Counted from the stretch's first letter, positions 23,355 to 38,300 are shown. The stretch: 64,000 nt of DNA from Veleropilina oligotropha (GCA_048128005.1 JBEUKZ010000096.1:124001-188000); one strand, 5' to 3'. Numbers and translations: made by a program. The notes: generated by a model not told the origin, from the sequence alone.

Positions 23355-26300
23355 ATGTATCGCAGTTACACTAGATATAATCTAACTCCTTCACGACCAG
23401 AGACTTCTCGCGATGCGGTGATCGAGCCCAAGGAAGAGGAGACCTTCAGGGGACGTCGACGATGCGGACGACGGCGTCATACTCACCGGGCCTCCAGTCG
23501 TCGGTGTCGCTACGGTCCACATCGAAACAGGCCCCATGTTCACCTAACCGGTATGGTGCATCGCAACCGACACCGCATATCCACAAGAAGGGGAATGAGG
23601 CCTTGCTTTGCTGCACCCCCTGACAGAGAAACAACGCGTGACCAAGGTGACGAAATCCAACAGGAGGTGGCTTCTGAAGGTGCAGACAGTCTGTCAGGCC
23701 CGCGCATCGCTAAACCATCAGAGTCGGCAAGCCGAGGTTGGTACGACAACGACCCATGGGGCAACGGTGATGATAACGGAGAGGTTGATGGTAAGTGTGT
23801 ACGCCTTTTGAATTGTTCTCGATGGCTATTTGAAAACTCTATCTTCAGAATCGAAAGTATGAGACGTTTGATGATTTTGGGATGTATCCGTGTTATATAA
23901 AGAATAAAACGTTGTCTGTTGTTTAGAGGCTTTGGTAGAACGCATGGTCTCAACTTGTACATCATTTCAACGGCAGATAAAACTGTATGTGCTTTGTCGA
24001 TTGATAAATTGAAAATAACAGTGAAACAAGCGGTGTCTGTGTTGTAAAGGGTCTCACGTTCAATGCCTGTCATCCATTTATGAAAAAGCATTATTTGATT
24101 ATGCTGTCCTCTCTGCTATCTAGTATATAAATGGTAGTCGCCTACATATGTGGAAGCACGACATATTCCCCATACACAGATAGTTGGGCGTCCTAGCGAT
24201 ATCAACACATGCATAATTCACATGCAGTTGCTTTATCTTTCGTCGTTCGCATGTCATTTCCATCGGTAGGAACCTTCTCGTGGGACGACGGCGTGGTTGA
24301 CGCCGATGAGGCGGAGCTGGAGACGGTTCTTCATGTGGTCAACGTCGACATGCACATCCTCGAGAACTCCCAGAACCATCACACCGCGGAGTACGACCGG
24401 GCAGAGGAGGACGCGCTTGACCTCATCGTACGAAGAGGGCAACCGTTCAAAGTTACGGTCACCTTCGACCGAGAATTCGACCAGGAGCTGGACGACCTCG
24501 ATCTGGTGTTCACAATCGGTGGGTTTCCGGTTATGAGACATGAACATTTCCGGTATAGTGAATTTCAAGTTCAGACGAAAGTGAAATACTCTTATATGAT
24601 TGCTTATGGAAGAATTTTACAGGTTCAATATTTATATTACTGCACATTAATTTGAATAAAATAACTTTATTTTCATCTATGAAAAATAGTAATATGGAAG
24701 TTCATACGTTATAAATATTAAGCGGTTAACAGGCGCGGATCCAGGAATTTCGCTTAGGGGAGGGGGCGCTGAATTTACTATCAACTGTTTTTGAGAATCA
24801 ACAGCCTGAAACCCCCTCTCCTGCACTCTGACAGGGCAAAAGCGATATTTCATTCTAACTTTTTATGAACCACCGTCACTCAAATAGCACGAGTCAAATT
24901 TGTATTTTATTTTGTCATAATCGAATTGTCCGCGTGGGGTCGGCGCCCCACGCGCAAGAAATTTTTGACAATTAACGATGTGAAATCCCCCCCTCCTGCA
25001 TTATTACATTGCAACAGCCTATTTATAATGTTCTGAAAGTCATTTGTATCAGATTATACATATTATTTTAGTATGTTTGGCCAACTTTAGGGGGGGGCGC
25101 GCGCCGGGTGCGCCCCCCCCCCCCCTGGATCCGCGCCTGGTTAAAACGTGTAAAGTTGAAGGAAAGATGGATTGTAATGAAAGTGACTTAATTAGGCCTG
25201 CTCCAAATCATTAGCTGATTCCTTAAAATGAAGTATTAAGGCCTCCCCACACCAACGCATTGCAGTGCCGCGCAGCGCGTATGTTTAACTCACATGTGAG
25301 CAGCGCAGCATAAACTAAAGGCTTCCACACACCAATGCAGCGCGTAAGCAGCGCAGTGCCGCGCAGCGCGTATGTTTAACCCACATTTGAGCAGCGCAGC
25401 GGCGCTGCATAAACGAAGACAAGCATTGTGAGTCACCCGTAACAGCTTAAAATAGTTATTGAATGCAGGAGAAATGCTTGAGAGAAATGCATGCAGAATC
25501 AACTACAGTGTATAAGTATATATAACAGAACAGTATACGTTTATACTAGTATATACAATTATAGTCAACCCGTCTGTAGTTTTTGTATGATTGAACGAGA
25601 AAGATAAGCCATTGTGGTCATGTATATGACAAGAAAACGGCGCCAATCACAAAGACGTGTATGGATAAACAATACTCAACAGACAAGAAGATAATGTGGA
25701 GAGTACCATCTTCAAGCAGTATTTCAGAATGCCCATAAACCAACTCGATGATAATCTTGCGGTTGCTAGGCTGCAGTATACCATCTTCAAAAGGGGATTC
25801 CCCGGAGCGTCGAAGCAGCAAGTAGCAAAAATCGCTTTTTTCGCGATCAGAAAATGTTGCTGCTCACGCGCTGTGATCATCATAAATCAACATGAGTGAT
25901 TTGAGGGGTTCTCGCGCGCTTCGCTGCGCTTCTTACGCGCTGCGTTGGTGTGTGGAGGCCTTAAGACAAGCATTGTGGGTCACTCGCAATTGCTTACAAT
26001 AGTTATTGAATGCAGGAGAAAATCTCCATGCATATTCATGAAATGCATGCAGAATCAACTACAGTGTATACGTATATATGTTTATACCAGTATATACAAC
26101 TATAGACAACCCGTCTGTAGTTTCTTTTTGATGTACCGAGAAAGAGAAGCCATTGTGCTCATGTACATGTAGGGGAAGTACGTGTAATTTGGACCGTTGT
26201 GTAATTTGAACTTTGTGTTATTCAACTACTTTGCCGAAAGGTGGCGACACTGTGTCTTGTATCCAGAGAGAGGCTACCACAAGGGATCGTCTGCACTGGT

Positions 26301-29300
26301 ATTTAAAATCAATGGGGTAAGTAACAATATTTTGTCGACAAGTTCATGAAATTTGACAATTTGATCTTATTTTTAGATTTTGCTATTATGAGTGTCATTC
26401 ACCGACATCTTATACATAATATACAATATATCATATATGAGCAACATAGAGATTGATGATAATATGCACCTATATAGGACACGCGACTGACGCATTTTTA
26501 GTTGCTTACACACGCTGTTGTATTTACGTGCTCAAATGTGTAATATGGACCACGAAAAATGTGTAATTTGGAACAAAAAAACATATTACACGCAAGGTGG
26601 TCCATATAACACAACGTTTTAAATTAGTTGAAAATATAGTTTATAATTTCGTGTTATTGTTTTGTTAGTATTAGTATGTATTTCCTATAGTTTAGTTAAC
26701 CATTTATTGTGCTAAAGTCACAAAGGATTAGGTTAAACAGTTAAAATACTGATCAAAGTACCCTTTCAGATGCCATATTCTCTCCATTTCAGTGTTTTCA
26801 TGTTATATCATATTTTTAAGGTGTGATCGATGAAATATTTGAGATAATTTTGTACGCATTGAAAGTCTACGACCTCGTTTTAATGGGTTCGCAGTCTGGA
26901 TGCGGGTATTCAAAACAAAAAGACATCATAGGTTATAATAAATAATATCATAATTTAATGTTGTTTTTTTTCAATTTTATTTCAGAAGGCTGGATCTTTT
27001 GCGATTGGTTGGAGCACTTCATAATTCATTCAACGTCCACACAAGACCACAAGGTGCTGTTGATACTTGATGGGCACAAAAGTCACACTCACAGCATCAA
27101 AGCTCTCGAGCGCGCCAGAGAGGTGGGGATCATCATGCTCTCGTTGCCGCCACATAGGCCTACAACCCATCGTAGGCAACCTCTCGATCTGACGTTTTTC
27201 AAGCCTCTGAAGACATACTACTTCCAACAGATTGATCAGTGGATGCGAGCTAATCCAGGCAGAGCCGTTACGATGTTTCAGATATGCAGTCTTTTCGTAC
27301 GAGCATATGGCAAAGCTGCATGTGTGAGCATAGCTGTGAATGGTTTCAGAAAGTCTGGCATCTTTCCAGTGAATCGATTTGTGTTTGATGAAAGCGAGTT
27401 TTAGCCAGCTGATGTCACCGAAAAACCTGCTCCTGTTGTTGCCAACGAGAATGCGACGTGTAAAAAAATGGATGAAACCTCAGGTGATGCTCAATGTTCT
27501 ACATCTGTTACTCCTGCTGATACCATCAACCCCATTGCCACATCAGTTAATAACGTCGTAATAGAGTCTTCTGCTGTCAGTACAAGCGTGACTGTTTCTC
27601 CAGCGGTCGATACAATCGACATTGTTGCCACATCTGTTGATACCGTCGATACAGATTCTTCTGCTGTCAATACATGCCCCACTACTTCCCCATCAGTTGA
27701 TCCAAACAGTGTTATTGCCACATCGATTGGACGTGTCGATATGGATTCTTCTGCTGTCAATACAAGAAACACTGTTCCCTCACTGCTCGATACCAGCAAC
27801 ACTAGTGCCACATCAATCGATAACGTTGGCATTCGTTCCTCTGGTGCCATTACAGGTACCAATGTGTCATCCACTGTGACTGAACCAACCCCCAAAGCTC
27901 TTACGCCACAGTCAAAAGTAAATCTAAACTTTACTGTAGAGGACGTTAGTCCACTGCCAAAACGAGCTAATGTTGTTGGTACAAAATGCAGAAATACAAT
28001 GGGAGCTACAGTACTTACCGAATCACCGTATAAATTACACACAAGAAGCAGCTGAGATTAGAAATAAAAAGGTAAAAAGATCACTGATAAAAGATAAGAC
28101 TCCAATAAGTCTTAATGCGAAATCGAAAATTCAACTTGCAAGAAAAAGATCACATGCAAATAAGTTACCTGAAAAATCAAAATCAAAAATCATGAAGGTG
28201 TCAAAGACTGTTCCATGTAAGAAGTCAAATGTAAAGAATCTGTCAAAAGCAAATAGTGCAGCCACTGCAGCGGAAGAATACAGGTGCATTGTTTGTGGCG
28301 AATCTACTTTGGAGGACTGGATTCAATGCGCACGATGCCAAAATTGGGCGCATGAAGCGTGTGCAGATGTTAATGATCCAAATTACTATTATTGTGACAA
28401 TTGCATCGACTAAAGCATTCCATGTTCTCACAATATTATTGTGCTTATTATTAAATAATTCATTAAAATAATTTTGAAAATGCATAATCATATGTTCGTG
28501 ACAAATATATGACTGCTGCGTTAATTTGAATTGGTTTAAAGTTCCAGTTTGTAAATTTAATTATATATCAGATGTGGTCCAATTTACCAACACCATTGGT
28601 CCATTTTACACATTCAATGTGTAACTTGGACCACTTGACACAATTTTGAATATTTGTTGTCATCTTAAAAATAATTATTATTGTTTGTTTCGAAATAGCT
28701 ATTATAATACACATATTATATGTATAATAAATCATGCACCAGATATTATATTAATATTATTATTTCCTTATGTTATTTACATTTGAAGCTTAAGTGGTCC
28801 AAATTTCACGTACTTCCCCTATATGATAAGAAAATGGCGCCAAGGCGCCAATCACCATGACGTGTATGAACATAAAATACTCAACGAAGAAGAAAAGAAT
28901 GTGGAGAGTGCATCTTCAAGCAGTATATCAGAATGTCCAAAGATCAACTCGATGATATTCTTGCGGTTGTTGGACTACAATATGCCATCTTCAAAAGGGG
29001 ATTCCCCGGCGCGTCGAGGCAGCAAGCAGCAAAATCGCTTTTTTCGCGATTCGAAAATGTTGCTGCTTACGCGCTGCGTTAATTAAGGCTGATCATCATA
29101 AATCAACACGATTGATTCTGGGGGTTTCACGCGCTTCTTACGCGCTGCGTTGGTGTGTGGAGGCCTTAAGGCTAACAGTGCAGTGACAATACTAAATACC
29201 TGGGAATAATAGTGTTTAGCCTATCCTTTAAATAATAAATGATTTATACAAAATTAATGCAGGATGGAGTCCAAGACCTGGAACGAAGACGTGGAACTGT

Positions 29301-32300
29301 TTCGCGGTTTGGGAGACGGTCACCGATCAGTTTCCGTTCCGACCATCTCAATGGGGTGCTTACGTGGCGTCGCAGAACGGCGCGTCAGTAACCATTATTA
29401 TATACCCACCGCCAGACTGCATTGTGGGAGAATGGGTTATCGGGTTCGTCACCATTCTGGACCAGGAAGGACAAGAACCGGTGTTCTTCGAATATCAACA
29501 CCCGGACCATGTTTTCATATTATTTAATCCGTGGTGTGAAGGCAAGTGTTGTACACGATATATTAAATATTTGAAGTCATTGCAATAGTAACCGACATAT
29601 AATCTTTGACTTTGTTAATGTGAATATAATGATTTATCCACCCAGCGAGGTATAGTAGTCACTATTTCTAACCATAGTATTATAAATATACTGTGAAAAA
29701 CAGTTTCCTGCTTCAGCAAACATCTTGTCTAGATACAATTAAGCGAAACAGTTCCCGTATATTCTTTGGCGTGTTGAACACAAAAGACATGATCAAGACC
29801 ACTTGACCAATCTCTGGTCAATCTGAGTGGCGGCGTAACGTATCTATATAACAATGTTTGTAATGATGAACAAACAACCTCTACTTTCAAACGATCTTAT
29901 GGAACCTTCAACCATTCATTGCTGGGAGTTGCTATGCAAAATAGAGGTATATATCGATGCAACTAGTATGGAGAGAAGAAAATTAGTAAATAAAGATATT
30001 AAATGTAGAGATCGGATGGTGGTTACGGTGAAACCATTAATATTTTTAGACGATTCTGTGTATATGCCAATTACCGATGATTTAAACGAATACATTTTAA
30101 ACGATGTCGGATGCGTGTTCACGGGGACATCATGGCAAATATGCTCGAAACCGTGGAATTTCGGACAGGTAAGTTGGACGGGACGATCGTGGGATAGCAA
30201 TGGTGGTTGCATTGGAAGCGGTTTCGGTGAGTAGCTTTAGCTGATATAATATATTGGCGGTCCGTGTGACACTTGACATTTCAGCTTTCCATCTTCATTA
30301 TTCATTGATGGACAGCTCGAAAGCACAACATTACTTCTAACTTCTTACTTAGGCCTACATGTATAGTTTTAAAGATGTAAAGCTCAAAAGCTCGTCGTCG
30401 TGTCCATCTTTTATCTTTTCAACTTTGGTTTGAAACATAAAAAAGGAGAAAGATGGTAACATCTTCCAACATTCTATTTTGGTATTTGTAATTTCAATTT
30501 TTTCTTAACCACAGGCGCAATTGTTCATTTTCTGTGCAAGCACTTCATGTAAGACTCGCGTGAAAAATATTATAATTGTAACGAATCATGCTTACTAACA
30601 CTGACCCTAATTATCATGGAATATACGCAGTTTAGGGTTAGGCATATATTCCATGGGCATTAGGGTCAGTGTTAGTCGGCAGGGTTCGTTACCATTATTC
30701 GGTGTTGTAAAACATGATAGAAAATTAGAAGATGGAAACGATGACGAGCTTTACAACTTTAAACCTGTACTTGGAAGTAAGAAGTTAGAAGTAATGCTGT
30801 GCTTTCGAGATTTTCATCAGTGAATATTGAAGTTGGAAAGCTGAATTGTCAACTGTCACACGGAACATTGGCCTTGATGATGCAACTTTTCTTGCTACGC
30901 AATTTGAACTTCGGTATCTGAAATCTGGAATGCATATCAACGATGAAAGATTTGTCCCGTGCTTTACTGAAAATGGACCCAGTTTTCCTTTAAAGATAGA
31001 TAGTTGCAAACTGTTAACATGACATCGTGCATTTCTACTGGAACAATCCATCCGTAAAATCTTCGAAAATGTCTTAAATTGCACTGTCCTCACGATAGCT
31101 AGACTGATTAGGTGTCGAAATGTTATATAGTACAGTGGGAGCGGGTTCAATTCCCGCGCCGTATCTCATATCGTCTACCATAGATACAATTGAGAATTGT
31201 TAAAAACTATTCGTAAATCTAAATAGATTCAAATGAAGTCTTTACGATGCTTGTTTCAGTTCGATGAAGGTATCCTGGAGCTCGCGTTGTCGTTGATTCG
31301 CGAGGCATTTAACTACGAGACGGATCACACGCGAGCGGACCCCATCCGCGTCTCGCGAGCCTTGTCGCAAATGGTAGGTAACATACACAAATGTCATATG
31401 TAGGCCATGCATAATAGTCTATAACTGGCTGAGACTGGGTTCTATCCATCCACGTTCATAATAATTATGTACATGTTATATAACGATCATAAAAGATGTG
31501 TTAAATGATGTACTAAGCATCGATCCCACTGGCATAAATGCGATATAGGAATGCACAATCTACTCATGTTGTATATCACTGTATTGTAATGACAATGTGT
31601 TACGCCAGATGACGTTATCATGAATACGGCTCATGAATATATTTTTTATGCAGAAATAGGATCTACGTGATTGACAGAGCTTTGTAACTTTGCAAGCACT
31701 ATTAAAACAGATACCCTTTCCAGATCAACTCTAACGATGACGACGGCGTGTTGGTGGGACGCTGGGACGGGCAATACGACGATGGAACGGTCCCGTCCTT
31801 CTGGACAGGCTCCGCCGACATCCTCCGACGATACGCGATGTCTCGCAGCCCCGTGAAGTACGGACAGTGTTGGGTGTTCTCCGGGGTCTTAACAACGGGT
31901 ACGCTCAGATCATATCGTATCTTGATGGTATAATTAATGATAATTTCGCAATGCGACAATGGATTAAAGTCAAAATAAGTTGTTGGCTTCTCCGGGTATC
32001 CTTTGCTCTTCATGTTCACAGTTATATTCGTGACCATGAGCAGACATTGTTGGGGATACGCTATGCTCTTAGTCTTAGCTAAAATGATGCCGCTTTCCAC
32101 CTAATGTTAAACATACGGTATGATTGGATAAACATAGCCGGTTAAATGATTTATTGTATTTAATCCATAATAATTTTGATTTATCATGTTTATATGACAG
32201 TTTGTCGAGCTCTTGGTTTACCTTGTCGGAGTGTCACAAACTTTGAATCTGCACACGACACCAATGGCAGCGTAACCGTTGACTACTACGTAGATAGAAG

Positions 32301-35300
32301 CGGGAAGTGCACAGGACCCGACTCGATTTGGTGAATATAATTGAATTTTACGTAACAAAGATCAATCATGCTTTGCAATTGTTGAACTTATTTATACATA
32401 TTTATATAAATTTAAGGTCATCTGTGAATACCACGCCTACTTACATAAAAAGTAGGGAAAATGTATAATAGTTTTGTTTTATATTATACTGGTGTATAAT
32501 ATTAAAAGCAATAGGAAAAAAATGTACAGTCAATGTTAATAAGGCTTTTCCTTTTCCCTCTTCAGAAAAGTACTATAGGGGCCTATAGCCGTGATAACGA
32601 TTGACATTTTTCAATGGCATTAAGTTCTTTCGAAGATCAAAATGTTCAATTTTGTTCAACAGCGTATTTGACTTTTGCAGGAATTTCCATGTCTGGAACG
32701 AGGCGTGGATGTCGAGGTCGGACCTTACCTTCGGGTACGGGGGCTGGCAGGTCATTGACTCCACACCGCAGGAGGTCAGCGACGGTGAGTGTGGGGCTAA
32801 CGTTACCCCATCATGTAAAGAGCAGATGTATGACTGACTTCTCTTAACGTAAACACAAAAATCGGGTACGAACGATCAGTTAGGCTATCATCGTTTGATG
32901 CAGCTCTCACTACGCCATTGCTTCATTGGAGTAAGAGTTGTGGATATCAACAGCTACAGCTTCAGACGAAGTTGTGGTTTGATTTTAATCGATGCTCAAT
33001 GTGTTGGTTTTCGAACGTGGACATATCCGTATTATCACGAGATAACGCTAACTGTTAACTGAACAAAGAATACCGGGCGACGATTCGATCCTTCTCTTGT
33101 TAGGCAGAACTTTCAAACCATTGCATTCAGAGATCGTATTCTTATCATTTCGGGACCACATAAAGTTAGACTGTGTCGTGAAACCACGATTAGAAGCCAA
33201 TAGCGTCTGTTTGATAGCGATCCTCCTCTATACTGCTAGACGTGAACCATTCCGTGTGATGTTATTGTATACTAGTAGTATTTATAATCCGAAGTATTTA
33301 TTCAACATTGTTTTCGTATATTCTACTGTATAATGTCAAAGTATTTTGCTGCCAACAAACAACCAAATGTACCATTAACGATGCGACACATCATTGGTGT
33401 TTGAAATTATTTATGTGCTGATAGAATTATACCCATGTAAATCTTGCATGGTTCAAGATGTTAATCCAACAACCTAGCATGCTCCGATTCACCGCTACGT
33501 TATAGCTATTGGATAAAGCACCTTGATGTAGATGACTGTTCGTGATTCAACGTATTAATTAGTGCATGTTCAAAGTGTATAGTGATCGCACGGGGGTGTT
33601 ATAAATGGTGGCTCTCAATGCATTCGCCTGACTGTTATGATTAGCATGAGTCGTGTCGAATCCTCAGTGTGAGGATTTGATATATGTCCAAGCTGGCCGG
33701 TCGACCTACGGATGGGGTTTAAGCATCGACCCAAGACGAATCAAAGAGTATAAGCTATATGTACCACTTGCGTGATATCATATTTCTTCAGGTCTGTTCT
33801 GCTGCGGACCATGCCCAGTCGAGGCCATCCGTGCTGGAGACCTAAGCGTTATCTATGATGCAGCGTTCGTGTTCGCCGAAGTGAACGCCGACATCGTGTA
33901 TTGGGAGAAAAACGGTCCTTACGAATACAAAGTGTGCGCGAACAACGGCCGATATACAAACAGGTGATATTTGAAGTTATAATAATGACTTCGGTCATTA
34001 GAATCATTTCAAATAAATGATTCTTCGGGCACTCACTAGCGAGGTGGTCCGCGTTCGCCCATGTTCTGTTTTTAAAAGACCACGAGGTGGCCGACCAGGT
34101 CCGGCGTTCGACCATGCTCTGTCATTGGTGAAGACCACGAGATGGTCATTTATATCCGACGTCCGATCATGATCTCAGTTGTAAGCGTCGTTTGAAATTG
34201 AATATTATTTATAAAGGGTTCCATTGGTTCGAAAATGAGCCACCCAATTAAACATGAGCATTAATGATTAAGCCAATTTAATATTACAGTAACCGAAAAA
34301 TATTCCTAAAATATATGTATACTGTTCCAGAAAGACAATTTTATGGCTTCGTTTTATTATCTTCAGGGTTGGTAAACATATCAGCACAAAGACCCCGAAT
34401 GGGGGCCCGCTGATCGGCGGCCGGGTTGACGTGTACAGAAGCGGTGGAGACCGAGAAGACGTTACTCTTCAGTATAAATATAAGGAAGGTGGGCTCTATA
34501 GCACCTTATATTAGTGACAGAAAGTAAGGCGCTATTTCGGTACTTCCCCCACAGCTCCGGCTTTTACTCAACTTTGAAAATCCGGTGTTTCATCTCCGAT
34601 AAAAGCACGACTTTGGAAGCGTCGTTAATGTTAAATCCATGGGGACTAGCAACAGGTGAACCTCGGTCAGTCCAGGCTCACGGGGCGGTCCGGTGTATAT
34701 ACGTTTGTAAAGCCAATACAACTACGTACCCATCACGTGTATCTTATCATAGGCCGTGAATTTAAGACGAATAAAAGCCGGAGCCCCTTAAATATGTATA
34801 AAAGCGGGATCTGTGGGGAAGTACCGAAAGTAATAAATGTATTGTGTCTCACCTACTTTCAATAAAAATATACATTCCGCTCTAACAGTCGTGTGGTTAC
34901 GGTTGAAGACTCTGAAATCTCTGGCATGATTCCGCAGGCATGAACATTTGCTTGCAGGAAAGTTTCAACTGCCAATTTAACTTTCAAGATACAATATTAG
35001 ACGTAACATTCGAGATGTGTATATTATTAGAACTAACGACAAAATCACATATCTGACATACAAATAGTGAATTAATTTTCAGGGTCAGCGATGGAAAGAG
35101 CAGCTTTCAGGCGCGCCAATTTATCTGTTGCTACAAAACCAGTCGATGAACCGTTAACGGAAGCGGAAAAGGCAAGTGTTCTGGAGGTCCACGTGCTTTG
35201 GTTCTGGCGTTTACCATGCGCTTATATTGTTACCAAAACTGCATGACCATCGTGAAACAACGTATGGATGCACAATTAAGAATGACTACTTAAGGTGACC

Positions 35301-38300
35301 GATTGCTGCATGGATACGATCGGATTGTGTGTATGTTTCCGGAAATATGATATGAACGTGATAGAAAGTACGCCTTATACTAGTATTAGGGATTCTTGAT
35401 AAATTGATAAATCTTTTCTGTAATATTCTAAAGAGAAAGCAAAGGATCCATTTTGTTTTGAAGGTAAGACAGCTAACGTATACATTTGTTGTTATAATAT
35501 ACGTCTTACATTTAATTAGGACGTGGTTTTCGAATTGAAAACAACCGATGGCTATAAAATAGGAGATGACTTTGACATACCTGTCTTAGCACACAATACG
35601 AGCGGAGTAGAGAGAGTGGTGGACCTAACGATACGGACGACCATTGTGACGTATACGGGAACCAAGGTCGCGCCATGCAAGAAGCAACACTTCGAGAACG
35701 CTGCTATGCCAGCGGGCTCAAGTAAGTTCGCGTATCAGTGACAGTACAACAGTTTTGATTTTATTGGCCCTTCCATATGAGACGATCGCTTTGTTAGCTT
35801 GGATTGGTGACGCCACAATCGGTGGTATCTCGACTGTATAATAATTTACAAAAGTGTTACATTTTTACATGAAATATAACAAAGAACATTTAACTTTGCG
35901 CCGTCGTGGCCTAAGGGTAGTGCTTGAGACTTTGGATACACTTGTCCTAGATTCGATCCCGACCGCAGTGACTTTCGACAAGAGCATAATCATATTTATC
36001 ACATGACAAAGCTGTTATGCAACGTCTAAACCCATTTCATATTTTCACTATGGATCACACGTCACATAACTATGCAAATGAGGGCGAGCATGATGCTATC
36101 CCTAGTCGCATCTGCCGCATCACCCTAATTAGCATATTGAATAATTCATACATGTTCACTTGTCCTCTGCTGAGAAAACAAAGACGACTGAGCCAGTAAC
36201 AAATTTCCGGACTCGTGTACATTTATAATTGCCGTTAGTTGTGGTTCTTATATTTTTTAGTCATTTATCTTTTATCTGTTGTACATATAATTGTTGGTCT
36301 ATATTGTTATATCTCTCGACACTGATGAAAAGAGGTCTGTGGCCTATTTGTTTTATCGAGATTTTAAAAAAAGTGCATTATTATTATTTTTATTGGTGTA
36401 CATATGTATTTTGGCGTGGCACGTGCTGTCGAGGCGTGATGTGTGTGGGGCAAGCCATTTTATGACTGAAAATATTAACAGAAATCTATTTATAAACGTA
36501 AAGAAATCATTTAAAAACGTATAAAAATAAGTTTAAAGGTAAATAAAGTCACGTGAGAAAGAAAATCTCAAACTTGTTTCCATTTCATATGAGAATTATG
36601 AAACTCGTCAGCAAATTTATATACCTCGCCTCGTTTGAGATCCTCTATATGTGACTCTGAACGAGTACCTTATTGCATGGACTGATATCTTAAATATCTT
36701 CGTCATGGATATAGCAACATCGTAAATTACTAATAAAATCTCGAAATTGTATCTTGAGTGGGGCAGACACGTACCGGTAATCAAATAGGTAATTGTCGTG
36801 TGAGAATTTGCTACGCACTATGAAGAAGACTTCAGCCTATAAGTTCATTGCCTGTTGCAGATGGCGGAGGAGGAATGATGCTTAATGTCCTGTATATTTA
36901 CAACATCGAGGTTCAAGGCAGGACATGTCCGTGTTATCGCGGGAGGAAACCCCGGTCGTCCGGGTAAACCCGCCCTCTTCGGCCAGTCACGGACAACTGT
37001 GATTCATAACTTGAACAAATTTCAATGCCTCAGCCAGGTATTGAACCCACTACTGTTCGCATTAGCGGAATCAAACCAGTGAAGTTAGAGTGGACACTCT
37101 ACCCACTGCGCTGCCGAAGCGGCCGTTGCAGATGGCACTGACCACGACAGATGAATTAAGGGGTTTGGTCATGTATGACTGTTTAAGCCGCAGCACACTA
37201 GCCGATGTTTCGTATGGAACATCCCGATTATTTATCAGACCTTATCGATGGTAGTCTGCATCTCAATATATCGCAGTGATAAATAATGCCCGATCTCAGC
37301 CGATTAGGTCCGATAGTCGTCTTGTGTGCTGCCGGCTTTACTGATAATGTATCCTCTGAACATGCTGATAGTATTAGCAACTGAAGATATCAACACAACG
37401 AAAAACAATGACTAACCAGTAATAACAGCAACAACTGGAACTAGGTTTTATTTATTTTCTTTTTCTGTAGAGCAAGAATTTGTTCTTCATGTCGAGGTTT
37501 CTGATTATCTTGAAAAGCTCGTGGAGCAGGCCTGCATTCATATTTATGTGATGGGAAAAGTAAAGAAAAGCAATCAGTTATTCGTCACGGACGCGGCCTT
37601 CCGGCTGAGAAGGCCAGATCTTATAATCCAGGTAATTTATGTTTACTAATCTTCCAATACTGAAATATAACATCTACCGCCATAAACTCGATCACTTGAG
37701 ATAATTACAAAGGTTCAAATTGGAGAAGCATAATACAGTGAGACTTTTGCTATACAACCATGCTTATATAACATTTAGCATGTTGGTATATATTTCACAC
37801 GTTTATAAATTGGTGCATCTTTTTTAACTTTTCATATATGGATTATGTCAAATATATTGAGAATTATGTAGACAAACAATCCTTTCAGGTTCCAGAATAT
37901 GGTACAGTGAGCAAACCATTTGACGTCACCATTTCCTTCACGAATCCCTTGCCAAAAACCCTAACCAACTGCCAACTCATGATCGAAGGACCCGGCATCC
38001 AAAAGCCAATCAGACAAGTGGAAAAGTAAGAACATCACAAGCAGCTAACGTAATATTGTCCTATGCGAAATGCGCGTTTGGTAACAAATTAATATTGATA
38101 TGAACATTAGCGTTCATTTTATCAGAGAATACCATGGCACAAGTCTATATATTCAAAAGACTTACTAGACACATCGCGTGATCGTCTGTGGTTTTCCTTA
38201 TCATCAGGGAAGGTAACGTCAATATTTAGAAACTCATTTCTGTTTCACTGTCACCATATCGTACGTGTGCCTTTAAATTTCAAAGACATAATGTTGTCGG

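Larger units (their letters stand above)
25240..29165. mobile_element. TTAA-flanked non-autonomous DNA element (25240-25960) followed by a diverged copy of its 3' part (25965-26171 + 28820-29165)
   Basis: TIR GGCCTCC(C/A)CACACCAACGCA; TTAA at 25236, 25961 and 29166; 25418-25960 is repeated downstream, interrupted by the pogo-like element. Confidence 0.75.
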
